Of a stretch of DNA of 25,534 bases, positions 1 through 7,449 are shown piece by piece. The notes below the pieces were generated by a model that was not told the DNA's origin, searched no databases, and worked only from the letters and a program-made list of their open reading frames with translations. The number at the start of each line of letters is the position of its first letter. Position 1 is the first letter of the stretch. Location of the stretch: positions 1 to 25,534 of IMG/VR virus record IMGVR_UViG_3300011339_000787; one strand, 5' to 3'. Origin of the DNA: a virus. Lineage: Duplodnaviria > Caudoviricetes. Made by a program: the position numbers and the translations under genes.

Positions 1-32
1 AGTCCTCAACATCACCCCGACGAGATAGCCCC

Positions 33-47
33 CTAGGAGACTCCTAG
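33..47. repeat. Perfect inverted repeat CTAGGAG-A-CTCCTAG (possible protein-binding or packaging-related site)
   Basis: Seen directly; lies just downstream of the last early gene, where terminase genes would be expected next. Function is inference. Confidence 0.4.
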
Positions 48-80
48 TATGGGGTAGGTAGGCACCTTTTACCCTGTGCC

Positions 81-419
81 CTACCCTAGGATGGCTTTGC
101 GTGCCCTCTCCCCCGCATCAGCCACGGCCTGCCTGCTCACTCCCAGCGCATGTGCCGCTGCAGCTTGGTGCTCATGCCCGGTGATGTGGCCCATCCCTAC
201 ACCGAAGGCTAACCCTACAAGTCGCAAGTGTAGGTTGCTGTCCTTGTGTCCAGTCAGCATGTAGGTCAGGAGACGCACGATAGCAACCCCTCCTGCTGTT
301 TGCGCCTGGCGTCGTGCTGTGATCCGGTGCCAACGCCACACGTCGTCGATCTGGTCCTCGGTCAAGCCGAGGTCGGCTAGGTCATCGCAAGCGGCTGAGT
401 AGTCGGCGTCGTCAATCAT
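81..419 (-). CDS. HTH DNA-binding protein (112 aa), possible late-gene regulator
   Basis: C-terminal QAAAAHALGVSRQAVAD resembles a sigma70 region-4-type HTH. Start moved to ATG 419 (MIDDADY) because the upstream ORF extension runs through the structured repeat region. Confidence 0.65.
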   Translation of the reverse strand: MIDDADYSAACDDLADLGLTEDQIDDVWRWHRITARRQAQTAGGVAIVRLLTYMLTGHKDSNLHLRLVGLAFGVGMGHITGHEHQAAAAHALGVSRQAVADAGERARKAILG

Positions 420-428
420 TGATAGGTA

Positions 429-611
429 GCCGTCTCTCCGGCTGTCACACCACTGCATCGACCGAGTATCCCGGTCCGTGCCACCGGCATGGAGCCAGTA
501 TGGCAGGTGTCGCAAATTAAGTGACCCGCCGGTTTGAGGAACGCTCTCGCGTCTAGCCTTGGCGGGTCTGGTGCCGTCTCTCCGGCTGTCACGCCTCACT
601 GTTCGTGGCGT
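429..611 (-). ncRNA. Candidate structured RNA with two copies of a stem + GACA + GCCG-GAGAGA-CGGC hairpin motif
   Basis: Exact 20-nt direct repeat at 429-448 and 573-592; each copy follows a closing stem (ACGCC/GGCGU versus ACACC/GGUGU). Central 8-bp stem GACCCGCC/GGCGGGUC capped by ACGC-GAGA-GCGU. Confidence 0.55.
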
Positions 612-635
612 TCTGCATTGGGTGTTTGTACAGTG

Positions 636-908
636 TCACCCTCTCTGTAGTTCGTCAAGATCCTCCTGTGTCCACCCTTCCCTGCGCATCTGTACTTCCA
701 GTATAGCAGCCCAGGCTGCCCAGCGTGCGGCTTTGGCCTCGGCCTCTTTCAGCTTCATTTTGAGCAAATCAAGCACGCACTCCAACTTGTCAATCCGTGC
801 ATTATCCTCCATTATGCTGCGGTGCAGATTTTCCACGATGCTCTGAGCTAAATCAGGATCGCGTCTGTAGCGGTCCGTCCATGTTTGCTTGGCTTCTGCT
901 GCGGTCAT
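636..908 (-). CDS. Hypothetical coiled-coil protein (90 aa), paralog of 1081-1305
   Basis: MTAAEAKQTWTDRYRRDPDLAQSIVE; ATGA overlap with the upstream gene at 905-908. Confidence 0.75.
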   Translation of the reverse strand: MTAAEAKQTWTDRYRRDPDLAQSIVENLHRSIMEDNARIDKLECVLDLLKMKLKEAEAKAARWAAWAAILEVQMRREGWTQEDLDELQRG

Positions 909-1084
909 TTTGTTCCCTTTTTTAATTTGCGCACTTTTGCCTTCCATTCACCCACTGTCTTTCGGAGTTCCTTATTAGTTTCAATCAAAATACGGATGTG
1001 CACTTGTTGGCTTTCAACGTCTTTTTGAAGGCAATCATTTTCTTCTGCCAAGTCGCTGAGAAACTGCATGAGTCGTTTATTCAT
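905..1084 (-). CDS. Small coiled-coil protein (59 aa), not in the ORF track
   Basis: Hand translation MNKRLMQFLSDLAEENDCLQKDVESQQVHIRILIETNKELRKTVGEWKAKVRKLKKGTK; ATGA overlaps at both ends fill the gap exactly. Confidence 0.75.
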   Translation of the reverse strand: MNKRLMQFLSDLAEENDCLQKDVESQQVHIRILIETNKELRKTVGEWKAKVRKLKKGTK

Positions 1085-1305
1085 TCAAGTGCCTCCCGTG
1101 CTATTTGCCGAACTGCGTCCATGCGGTCAGGCAAAGTGATGACAAAGTCACAGTCGCGGATGCGCTCAAGTGCGCCCTCCAGTTTGTCAGTGCGTGCCTG
1201 TTGCTCGGCTAGGCTAAGTTGCAGCGTCTCCACAATGCTCTGCGCTAGGTCAGGATCGCGCCGATAGCGTTCTGTCCAGGTAAGTTTGGCTTCTGCTGGT
1301 GTCAT
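1081..1305 (-). CDS. Hypothetical coiled-coil protein (74 aa), paralog of 636-908
   Basis: MTPAEAKLTWTERYRRDPDLAQSIVE; ATGA overlaps; GGAGG upstream of the start. Confidence 0.75.
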   Translation of the reverse strand: MTPAEAKLTWTERYRRDPDLAQSIVETLQLSLAEQQARTDKLEGALERIRDCDFVITLPDRMDAVRQIAREALE

Positions 1306-1487
1306 TTTGCCTCCTCTCCCAGCGGTGCCAGCTTGGCCTCCATCATTTCCAGCCCCACCCCGAGCTGGTCAGCCATAAGCATCCGGGCCTCAATCTCGCT
1401 CTCGGCAGTGACCGACCACCACCGAAATGGATGGAAGTCGCAGGACACTAGGTAGTGGAGTTTTCTTATAGGGTTGGCTGTGGTCAT
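1302..1487 (-). CDS. Hypothetical protein (61 aa)
   Basis: Fits the minus-strand operon tiling; ATGA overlap with the next gene. Confidence 0.65.
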   Translation of the reverse strand: MTTANPIRKLHYLVSCDFHPFRWWSVTAESEIEARMLMADQLGVGLEMMEAKLAPLGEEAK

Positions 1488-1511
1488 ATTGGGTCGATAT
1501 AAAAACGCTTT

Positions 1512-1772
1512 CTAGGGCTGTTTCTGCCCCGCCATGAGGTGGTCTAGCTTTTCTTCAAGGTCAACCATACGGGCTGGCCATATGATTTCGCACCCGATGC
1601 AGTTTTCATGCGACCGGGAGAGGTCGAGTCGAAGTGCGTCATTAATGGCAATCTGCCGTTCCAACTTGCGGGCTAAGTCCTGGGCGGCTACGTACACGTC
1701 GGCTTTGGTCACGTTGGCTAGGTCTAGGGTCATGGTCTGTAGTCGGTTGGTTTTAATGCGAACTTTAGACAA
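1512..1772 (-). CDS. Hypothetical protein (86 aa)
   Basis: Operon tiling; 8-nt overlap with the initiator gene. Confidence 0.65.
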   Translation of the reverse strand: MSKVRIKTNRLQTMTLDLANVTKADVYVAAQDLARKLERQIAINDALRLDLSRSHENCIGCEIIWPARMVDLEEKLDHLMAGQKQP

Positions 1773-2367
1773 ATCCTAAAGCGGCCCTCATTCGGGCCAA
1801 TCGTTCCAAATCTTTGGGATCGGTAATCTCGCGCTCGTCGTTTTTTGAGCCGCTGCCGCCCCTCAAGGGCGAGCAAGCGGGCTCAGGTTTTTTATTCTCT
1901 ATATCTCCCGCTGCCGCTTGGGGCGGCGCGGAGATATTGTTCTCTGTTCTCTTCTTGCACACCTGTGAGGGTTTCACGTCGTGACCCTGTGAGGGTTTCA
2001 CCTGCTCACCCTGTGAGGGGTTGCCATGACCCTGTGAGGGGTGGCTGATTGAGAGCAAACAAAAGGCGTTTCGGGTTGCCCTAAGTGCTCCGTTGGCGCC
2101 GGAAAAAATGCGAATCAACCCGGCCTCTTGGAGGTCAGGAAGGCATCTAGAAACGGTGTTTTTTGACGCTCCTATGTGCTCGGCCAGCTGCTCATAGGAG
2201 GCTGCAAAACGGCGTTTCTGGTCGGTGCCAGCGGCACTCTGAAAATGCGTCAAGGCGTGATAAACGGCGTAATGGTTTGGGCCAAATTGGCCTGCAATCT
2301 TGGCAGCTTCGCGGGTCTGCCAGGCGAACGGTCCTTCCTGTTTTGGGTTCTCTGATCTGGGTTTCAT
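1765..2367 (-). CDS. Replication initiator-like protein with winged HTH (lambda O-like organisation)
   Basis: ASYEQLAEHIGASKNTVSRCLPDLQEAGLIRI is an HTH_36-type helix-turn-helix; internal PSQG repeats are encoded by DNA iterons; adjacent to the helicase. Confidence 0.75.
   Translation of the reverse strand: MKPRSENPKQEGPFAWQTREAAKIAGQFGPNHYAVYHALTHFQSAAGTDQKRRFAASYEQLAEHIGASKNTVSRCLPDLQEAGLIRIFSGANGALRATRNAFCLLSISHPSQGHGNPSQGEQVKPSQGHDVKPSQVCKKRTENNISAPPQAAAGDIENKKPEPACSPLRGGSGSKNDEREITDPKDLERLARMRAALGFV
1962..2040. repeat. Four iterons CCTGTGAGGG, probable replication origin
   Basis: Copies start at 1962, 1986, 2010 and 2031 (spacing 24, 24, 21) inside the initiator gene, as in lambdoid origins. 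Confidence 0.75.
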
Positions 2368-3710
2368 TTGCGTTTCTTAGGTTCGGGATCTTCCAGCACC
2401 GGCTTGGTACATGGCTTCCAGATCATGCCGTCCCGCTCGGGGTCTGGGCTGTGACGAATGTGGATCCGTGCGGAAAATTTACCCGTGTCCATGCTCATCA
2501 TGCCCGCCCGCAGTCGCCGCTTGGTCATCGTCAGCGAGCACGTCGGCGGGTCTCCCTCGGGAGTCTCCACCCGCTGCAATGTCACCACCTCTCTCGCCCA
2601 ATTCGTCAGCGCGCTGGATCCAAACCCAGCGTAGGCCAGATCGGAGTCGGTGCGGGCAGTGCCCTCCCTCGGCTTTGGCAAGTGGTGAATCAGTGCCATG
2701 ATGACGCCGGTCTTGCCGCTGGTCCGGTTGAGTGCATTGCAAAACTGAGTCACCACTGCCTGGTCGGAAATGTCGTCTCCGAGGTAGCACATAAGCGGGT
2801 CAATCCAAACGATGTCGGGCTGATGCCGGATCACTAGGGCCTCCAAAACCCGCAGGAACTCGGCCCCGGCGTGCGTGTTGTCGCGGTAGAACACCAGCTT
2901 TTCGTTAAGTTCCGCCCGCACCCGCTCGGTGCATTGCCCCTTTCCATACTTGCAGATGACGGATTGCAAGATTTCGGACTGGTCGCCTAGGTCATTTTCG
3001 GCCTGCAGAATGAGGCTTTTTAAAGGTCGCACTGGCAGGATCCCAAAGGTGAGCAGTTCGCCAAAAGTGGAAAGTTCCGCAGTGTCCCTCGGTATTGCCC
3101 AGCCTATCGCAAGCTGCATGGTCAGGCTGCTTTTGCCGATGCCCGATTGAGCATTGATGAGCACCGAGCCGCCTTTGCACAGCCAACGGTCGCCAAGGAT
3201 CGTGTTGGGGTCATGTTTCGTGTCATATTCGAGCAATTCCGCAAAACTAGTCTGCCGAACTTCTCCCAGCCCCTGCTCGGCAGCGGCTACGGTCACCGCA
3301 TCGCCCAGGCTCGCCACTACGTCGCCGGTTGGCTCCCCGGTTGAAAGTGCCTGGGTCGCCTGAGTTAGTTTTGCCAACAGCACACGGCGCCGGGATGCGT
3401 CAAGCACCAGCCCGCACCAATCTGGCAACGGGTGCAGGCTTGGCATCATTGCTGTCAGGTCGGAGATTGTGCCGAATGGCACGCCCTGGTTTGCGAGCCG
3501 ATGGAAAACAGCAATCGGGTCCATGCTTGCCCCCTCATCGGCTGCGGCGCGGATCCCGGCAAAGATGACGCCGTGCGTTGCGTCAAAAAAGTCGCCAGTT
3601 CGGAGCCCTTGGCTGGTCACCACCTGCAATGCAGCGTCGGGAGCAAACAGTAGACACCCCAGCACCGCCCGCTCGGCCTGTATGGCCTGCGGGATGTTTG
3701 GTTCGCTCAT
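2364..3710 (-). CDS. Replicative helicase: DnaB N-terminal domain fused to a RepA/AAA_25-type SF4 ATPase
   Basis: N-terminal PQAIQAERAVLGCLL...DFFDATHGVIF is DnaB-N-like; Walker A AQSGIGKS, AEND, Walker B IVWIDP, IHH, and GSSAL motifs. Confidence 0.85.
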   Translation of the reverse strand: MSEPNIPQAIQAERAVLGCLLFAPDAALQVVTSQGLRTGDFFDATHGVIFAGIRAAADEGASMDPIAVFHRLANQGVPFGTISDLTAMMPSLHPLPDWCGLVLDASRRRVLLAKLTQATQALSTGEPTGDVVASLGDAVTVAAAEQGLGEVRQTSFAELLEYDTKHDPNTILGDRWLCKGGSVLINAQSGIGKSSLTMQLAIGWAIPRDTAELSTFGELLTFGILPVRPLKSLILQAENDLGDQSEILQSVICKYGKGQCTERVRAELNEKLVFYRDNTHAGAEFLRVLEALVIRHQPDIVWIDPLMCYLGDDISDQAVVTQFCNALNRTSGKTGVIMALIHHLPKPREGTARTDSDLAYAGFGSSALTNWAREVVTLQRVETPEGDPPTCSLTMTKRRLRAGMMSMDTGKFSARIHIRHSPDPERDGMIWKPCTKPVLEDPEPKKRK

Positions 3711-3712
3711 AT

Positions 3713-3928
3713 CTAGAGCGCGGCCTCGAAGTCTCGTTGCTTCCGGCCAAACGGGGTCAGTGTTTCGGCTTCTAGAGTCCCTTCAAACATCTGCACGGCT
3801 TTTGCCAGTGTCCACGTCTCAATGCTGTCCCCGTCAATCCCCGCCTGTCCGCACCCCACCAGCGCCCTGTGCGCCTGTTCTAGCTGTCCCGCAATTCTCT
3901 CTGCTTCTGTGTTCTCTGATTTTGTCAT
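3713..3928 (-). CDS. Hypothetical protein (71 aa)
   Basis: Operon tiling; AGGGGG upstream of the ATG. Confidence 0.6.
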   Translation of the reverse strand: MTKSENTEAERIAGQLEQAHRALVGCGQAGIDGDSIETWTLAKAVQMFEGTLEAETLTPFGRKQRDFEAAL

Positions 3929-3983
3929 TTGTCCCCCTAAAGATTATGCGCGTGATCGGATGCGCGCCCCCCGGACTGTCAGT

Positions 3984-4391
3984 TTAGAACGGGATCTCGT
4001 CAGACGCGAGGTCGTCAGACGCACCTGCGCTCAATGGGAGCCAGTTTTTAATCTCTAGATAGCCGCGCTCAGTTTTTGGGTTAATTTTCTCACCCTCAAC
4101 AAGCTCCACCTTGGCAATCTTGCCGATGCAATCTTCAGGCTCGATATTCAGCGTCTTGCCCTCCACAACTTTCTTTCCGATGGCTGTGGCAAACTCGGCC
4201 ACGTTACGCGAGTTTTTTGCGGTGAAGACGACCCAGCTTTTGAAGGTCAGCGGCCCCACTTTAACCTCAAGCTGAAGCATCTCGTTGCCTGCCTTAGAAA
4301 CGGCGTCAATGGCGTGCTCAATGCGGGCCAGATGGATGCCTGGTCCGATGTTCTGGGTGGATTCGGTGGATTCAATTTTTAGTGATGGCAT
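3984..4391 (-). CDS. Single-stranded DNA-binding protein (DUF669-like)
   Basis: PGIHLARI...SKAGNEMLQL pattern; acidic tail ending DDLASDEIPF; near the annealase gene. Confidence 0.75.
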   Translation of the reverse strand: MPSLKIESTESTQNIGPGIHLARIEHAIDAVSKAGNEMLQLEVKVGPLTFKSWVVFTAKNSRNVAEFATAIGKKVVEGKTLNIEPEDCIGKIAKVELVEGEKINPKTERGYLEIKNWLPLSAGASDDLASDEIPF

Positions 4392-4397
4392 GGTGTT

Positions 4398-4586
4398 TTA
4401 ATTTTGAGATTCGCTGATTCTTTTTTTGACTAACTCGAGTGCGGCAACAAGTAGTTGGCCGTCAGTGATCCAGTTTGGCTTGCTGGAAATAAAATGTAGT
4501 TGAGTGCTGTCTTGTGCCAAAATCAAAAAATGATCTGACCCATCTAGCAAATCGTTCAACTCGTCGTTTGTGTATTGAATTTTCAT
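4398..4586 (-). CDS. Hypothetical protein (62 aa), AT-rich
   Basis: ATGA overlap with the recombinase stop; fills the gap before SSB. Confidence 0.6.
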   Translation of the reverse strand: MKIQYTNDELNDLLDGSDHFLILAQDSTQLHFISSKPNWITDGQLLVAALELVKKRISESQN

Positions 4587-5320
4587 ATTCCAAAAGCTGC
4601 AAAGAATCGCTCAGGAAATGCGACGGCTTGAGTGGCAATGGTGTCGGCTGGAATGTCCAAATAAGTTTGGTCTGCAGTGATCCAGCCCCGTTTCCGTGCG
4701 CCTGCGGTGACTTTTTCACGCTGGGCGTCGGTCTTGTCTGCCAACAGCCGCTGCATCGGGTTGATGCGTTGGATCGGATCCGGCAGCGGTTGCGATGTCG
4801 CCTCGATTTGCAAAGGCTCAGGATCGCTCTGAGTTGTCACCGGCCCAAACTCTGCCACTTCCTCCGGTGCGTAAAGCCCGGACAGAACGCCAGGATAGAT
4901 CCCGCGCACTGCCTCGGAAATGCACCGTGCTTTGAGCATCTGTCTCGGAAACTTTTTCCAAGTTAAATTTCCAGTGAGCCCGGCGCGTTCGGCGTCTTTG
5001 ATCGTCCAGCTAACCTTTAGCGTCCCTCCTTGCGGATGGCTAAATGTGCCAGAGACTGACTCATGCGTGTAATCGTGCCACTCAACGCGGCCCCCAGCTT
5101 GCTGGAAACGTGCCAGCATTGCCTCGGATTTAAGAGACGGCTTACCGTTGATGATGTGGTAATCACGGGCGGCCTCCGCAGGATGTCGTCCCTCGGCTTG
5201 GCAGAGAAGTCCTAGTGCGAGCGCCTGTGCAGGTGTTTGGATCCCGAACAGTTTGGACTCGGCAATGGCCTGCGCCATTAGTTTTGTTTGGTCGAATGGT
5301 ATCAGTTGCATGTTGTTCAT
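4583..5320 (-). CDS. RecT/Red-beta-like single-strand annealing protein (245 aa)
   Basis: HIINGKPSL and WKKFPRQMLKARCISEAVR...GLYAPEE motifs typical of the RecT/Bet family; start reassigned to ATG 5320. Confidence 0.8.
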   Translation of the reverse strand: MNNMQLIPFDQTKLMAQAIAESKLFGIQTPAQALALGLLCQAEGRHPAEAARDYHIINGKPSLKSEAMLARFQQAGGRVEWHDYTHESVSGTFSHPQGGTLKVSWTIKDAERAGLTGNLTWKKFPRQMLKARCISEAVRGIYPGVLSGLYAPEEVAEFGPVTTQSDPEPLQIEATSQPLPDPIQRINPMQRLLADKTDAQREKVTAGARKRGWITADQTYLDIPADTIATQAVAFPERFFAAFGI

Positions 5321-5331
5321 TTTTTTTGTTG

Positions 5332-5625
5332 TTAGGGAAGATCTACAATCCACTTTCCGTTTTGTTTGGCAATCCAGAGCTTCTGCATGCCATAGCATCC
5401 TTCATGTCGCTCCCATGCCATTGATTTTAGGCAGTTTGCAAGAGCATCAAAAAGCTCAGTATCTGGAACAATCCAGACTCTAGTTTCTCCTGCATACTCA
5501 AAGCTGGCATATAAATTCTCATTCAAATCATCCGTGCCGTCACAAGGATGGATGCCAACGCCTGTGATGTAGCCGTAGAACCGTTCTGTTTCTCCAATAG
5601 TTTCTATTTTTGTGTGTGTTTTCAT
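5332..5625 (-). CDS. Hypothetical protein (97 aa)
   Basis: ATGA overlap with the resolvase stop; lower GC than neighbours. Confidence 0.65.
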   Translation of the reverse strand: MKTHTKIETIGETERFYGYITGVGIHPCDGTDDLNENLYASFEYAGETRVWIVPDTELFDALANCLKSMAWERHEGCYGMQKLWIAKQNGKWIVDLP

Positions 5626-6098
5626 TTGGTTGTCGTGAGCTTTTTTCCTGCTTCAAGTATGAGCAGTGCGTCGGCGGTCTTGAGCGTCACTGTGAGTTGC
5701 GGATACAGCGCCTGAGCGCGTCCCTTAAGATGCGCCTTCCATCGGTTGCCGTGCGTCTTCTTGTCGCCTAGTCCAAGAGCTTGCTGCCACTTTTTGGGCG
5801 GCAGATACTCAATGCGCGCACCGTAGGCTGCCAGCAGTCCCTCGATCCTGCCGTAGTTCCGAAACATAGTCGCCATGCTGGAACCGCTCATTTTGCCCGC
5901 AAACTTGGGCAACTCTTCAAGGAACACCGTCGGCGTGTCTGCGCTGGTTGTATTGTGCTGCGTGCACAAAATCATCATCTGCGTGTCCATGTCGTGCAAT
6001 GTGCCCGGCATTGGCAGTGCGTGCGTGCTGCCATCGGTATCGATGTAGGCAATCCCGCCGCCTACACCTGGGTCAATGGCGATGTAGTTTTGGGTCAT
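5622..6098 (-). CDS. RuvC-like Holliday junction resolvase (158 aa)
   Basis: IAIDPG at the N-terminus, VFLEE, PKKWQ and ADALLI match the RNase H-fold RuvC pattern; start at ATG 6098 (ATGA overlap). Confidence 0.8.
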   Translation of the reverse strand: MTQNYIAIDPGVGGGIAYIDTDGSTHALPMPGTLHDMDTQMMILCTQHNTTSADTPTVFLEELPKFAGKMSGSSMATMFRNYGRIEGLLAAYGARIEYLPPKKWQQALGLGDKKTHGNRWKAHLKGRAQALYPQLTVTLKTADALLILEAGKKLTTTK

Positions 6099-6454
6099 CC
6101 CCACACCTCCCAGTCGGTCGCAAGTATATCCTTTACAGTCAACGCGACTGGGCCATCTCCAAAAATCATGCCTTGCAGTTTGGGCCATTGTGGCCGCCTG
6201 ACGTAGTAATACGGTGAGTCAGAAAGTCTCAACGCATTTTGCAAGGTGCAGCCAACAAACCTTTTTTTAGGGTCAGGAGCATGAGGCTTTGGTGGTTCAC
6301 CTTCCCACATTCTCTCTACCAAATGCGCAACAGGTACGCCTTTGAGTCCTGCAAGATTGTTCAGGTAGTTTATATCTTTGGTCGAATCTTTGACCCGCAC
6401 CCTCCAGCCAGCGGCCAGCTTGTCCAGCAGTTCGTTTCTTGGTATGTCTTGCAT
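6095..6454 (-). CDS. Protein with a DUF2829/Tad2-like C-terminal motif (119 aa)
   Basis: ALR...VRRPQW...LTVKDILATDWEV resembles the DUF2829 signature (V.R..W...D.LA.DW); start at ATG 6454. Confidence 0.55.
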   Translation of the reverse strand: MQDIPRNELLDKLAAGWRVRVKDSTKDINYLNNLAGLKGVPVAHLVERMWEGEPPKPHAPDPKKRFVGCTLQNALRLSDSPYYYVRRPQWPKLQGMIFGDGPVALTVKDILATDWEVWG

Positions 6455-6455
6455 A

Positions 6456-7448
6456 TTATCTTGCTTGCACCAGCGGTTGCTGCCCCGCTTTTTTGTGCAC
6501 AACCCATTCCGGCAGTTCGTGCCCTGCCGTGCTCCAAAGCGTTTCCGCTTTTTTCCGGCTGAGTGCCCCGAGTGCAGCAATCGCGTTGCCTGCGCCAATG
6601 ATTCCCTCCTCGACTGCTCTAGCGAGGTGCTCGGGCTCGACGTACTCGGTCACCCTCGCCTTCTGCAATCTCCACCCATGCACCGGCTGCCCAGCTTCGA
6701 GCAGTTCGCGGGCCTTGACCTTGGCGGCATCACGGAAGTCTTCTAGCGTGCTGCACGCCGTTAGAAACTTGCCAACCTGCACCGGGTCATTGAGCAGCGC
6801 CAGAAACCCCTCGTCCTGCACCGTCGGGGCGAGCCCTGCCACTGTCACTAGTGCGCTGTCTTTGGCCTGTACCCGAGCGGGACAGGTCAGGCTTTTGGCA
6901 CACCAGCCGCAGTAATCGTTTTCACGCGGCCCGCTGCCCACATTGGCGAGGATGCCGCGCACTAGGTCGGACGCGGACTTGTATGTCCAGTGATGTGTGA
7001 CGACCTGCCGTTGGTCGCAGAATAGCAGGTGCGTGGTCCAAGACTGTTCAAAACGCATCTGCATGAGCCCGAGTGCATAGGCTGCCATCTGCGCTCGGTA
7101 ATCGTAGATCTGCCCGCTCTTGAGGTCCATACTCCAGTTAGCACGGGCTGCCACGCCGTCCACCGTGCCAGTGTGCTCTAGCCCCGCTGTCTGCACTCGG
7201 CACCCCTCATCCAATGTCACAAGTCCGTCACGGACGCCTCCCATCTGTGCGCATTGGTTGATGGTCCACCGCACTGCGTCGGCGTCCTCCTCAGGTAAAT
7301 CCCAGTCAGGGAATTCGCCGGTCGTCCACGCATGACGAAAAGCCTGGTCCAGTTTGGTCCCGCGTGCGGCTGCCGGACTGGTGCCTGGCGCCCCTTCGTA
7401 CTGCCCGCACAAGGCGAGCTTGGGGAGTGATGAATGTCTAATTTTCAT
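6456..7448 (-). CDS. PD-(D/E)XK exonuclease, Cas4-like/DUF2800 type (330 aa)
   Basis: GTVD, DLKSG and QMAAYALG motifs; one N-terminal Cys plus CGWCAKSLTC suggests an Fe-S staple; start at ATG 7448 (MKIRHSSL). Confidence 0.85.
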   Translation of the reverse strand: MKIRHSSLPKLALCGQYEGAPGTSPAAARGTKLDQAFRHAWTTGEFPDWDLPEEDADAVRWTINQCAQMGGVRDGLVTLDEGCRVQTAGLEHTGTVDGVAARANWSMDLKSGQIYDYRAQMAAYALGLMQMRFEQSWTTHLLFCDQRQVVTHHWTYKSASDLVRGILANVGSGPRENDYCGWCAKSLTCPARVQAKDSALVTVAGLAPTVQDEGFLALLNDPVQVGKFLTACSTLEDFRDAAKVKARELLEAGQPVHGWRLQKARVTEYVEPEHLARAVEEGIIGAGNAIAALGALSRKKAETLWSTAGHELPEWVVHKKAGQQPLVQAR

Positions 7449-7449
7449 G

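Noticed and set aside
447-510. Branched fold as a tRNA gene
   Set aside because: No T-loop (TTCRA), D-loop or 7-nt anticodon loop consensus; kept only as part of the ncRNA candidate.
420-599. N-terminal extension of the 172-aa ORF (RDSRRDG/CDSRRDG repeat)
   Set aside because: The peptide repeat simply reflects the 20-nt nucleotide repeat; base-pairing patterns and an ATG at 419 favour a non-coding reading.
1962-2040. Short repeats as a CRISPR array
   Set aside because: Repeats are about 10-14 nt with about 10-14 nt spacers inside a coding region; this fits iterons, not CRISPR.
3997-4022. 11-bp direct repeat TCGTCAGACGC, containing a minus-strand CUGACGA
   Set aside because: It encodes the ASDD/ASDE acidic SSB tail; no GAAA or stems are positioned to form a second hammerhead.
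6456-7448. Cas4-like gene as evidence of a CRISPR-Cas system
   Set aside because: No array or other cas genes; stand-alone Cas4-like exonucleases beside annealases are normal in phage recombination modules.
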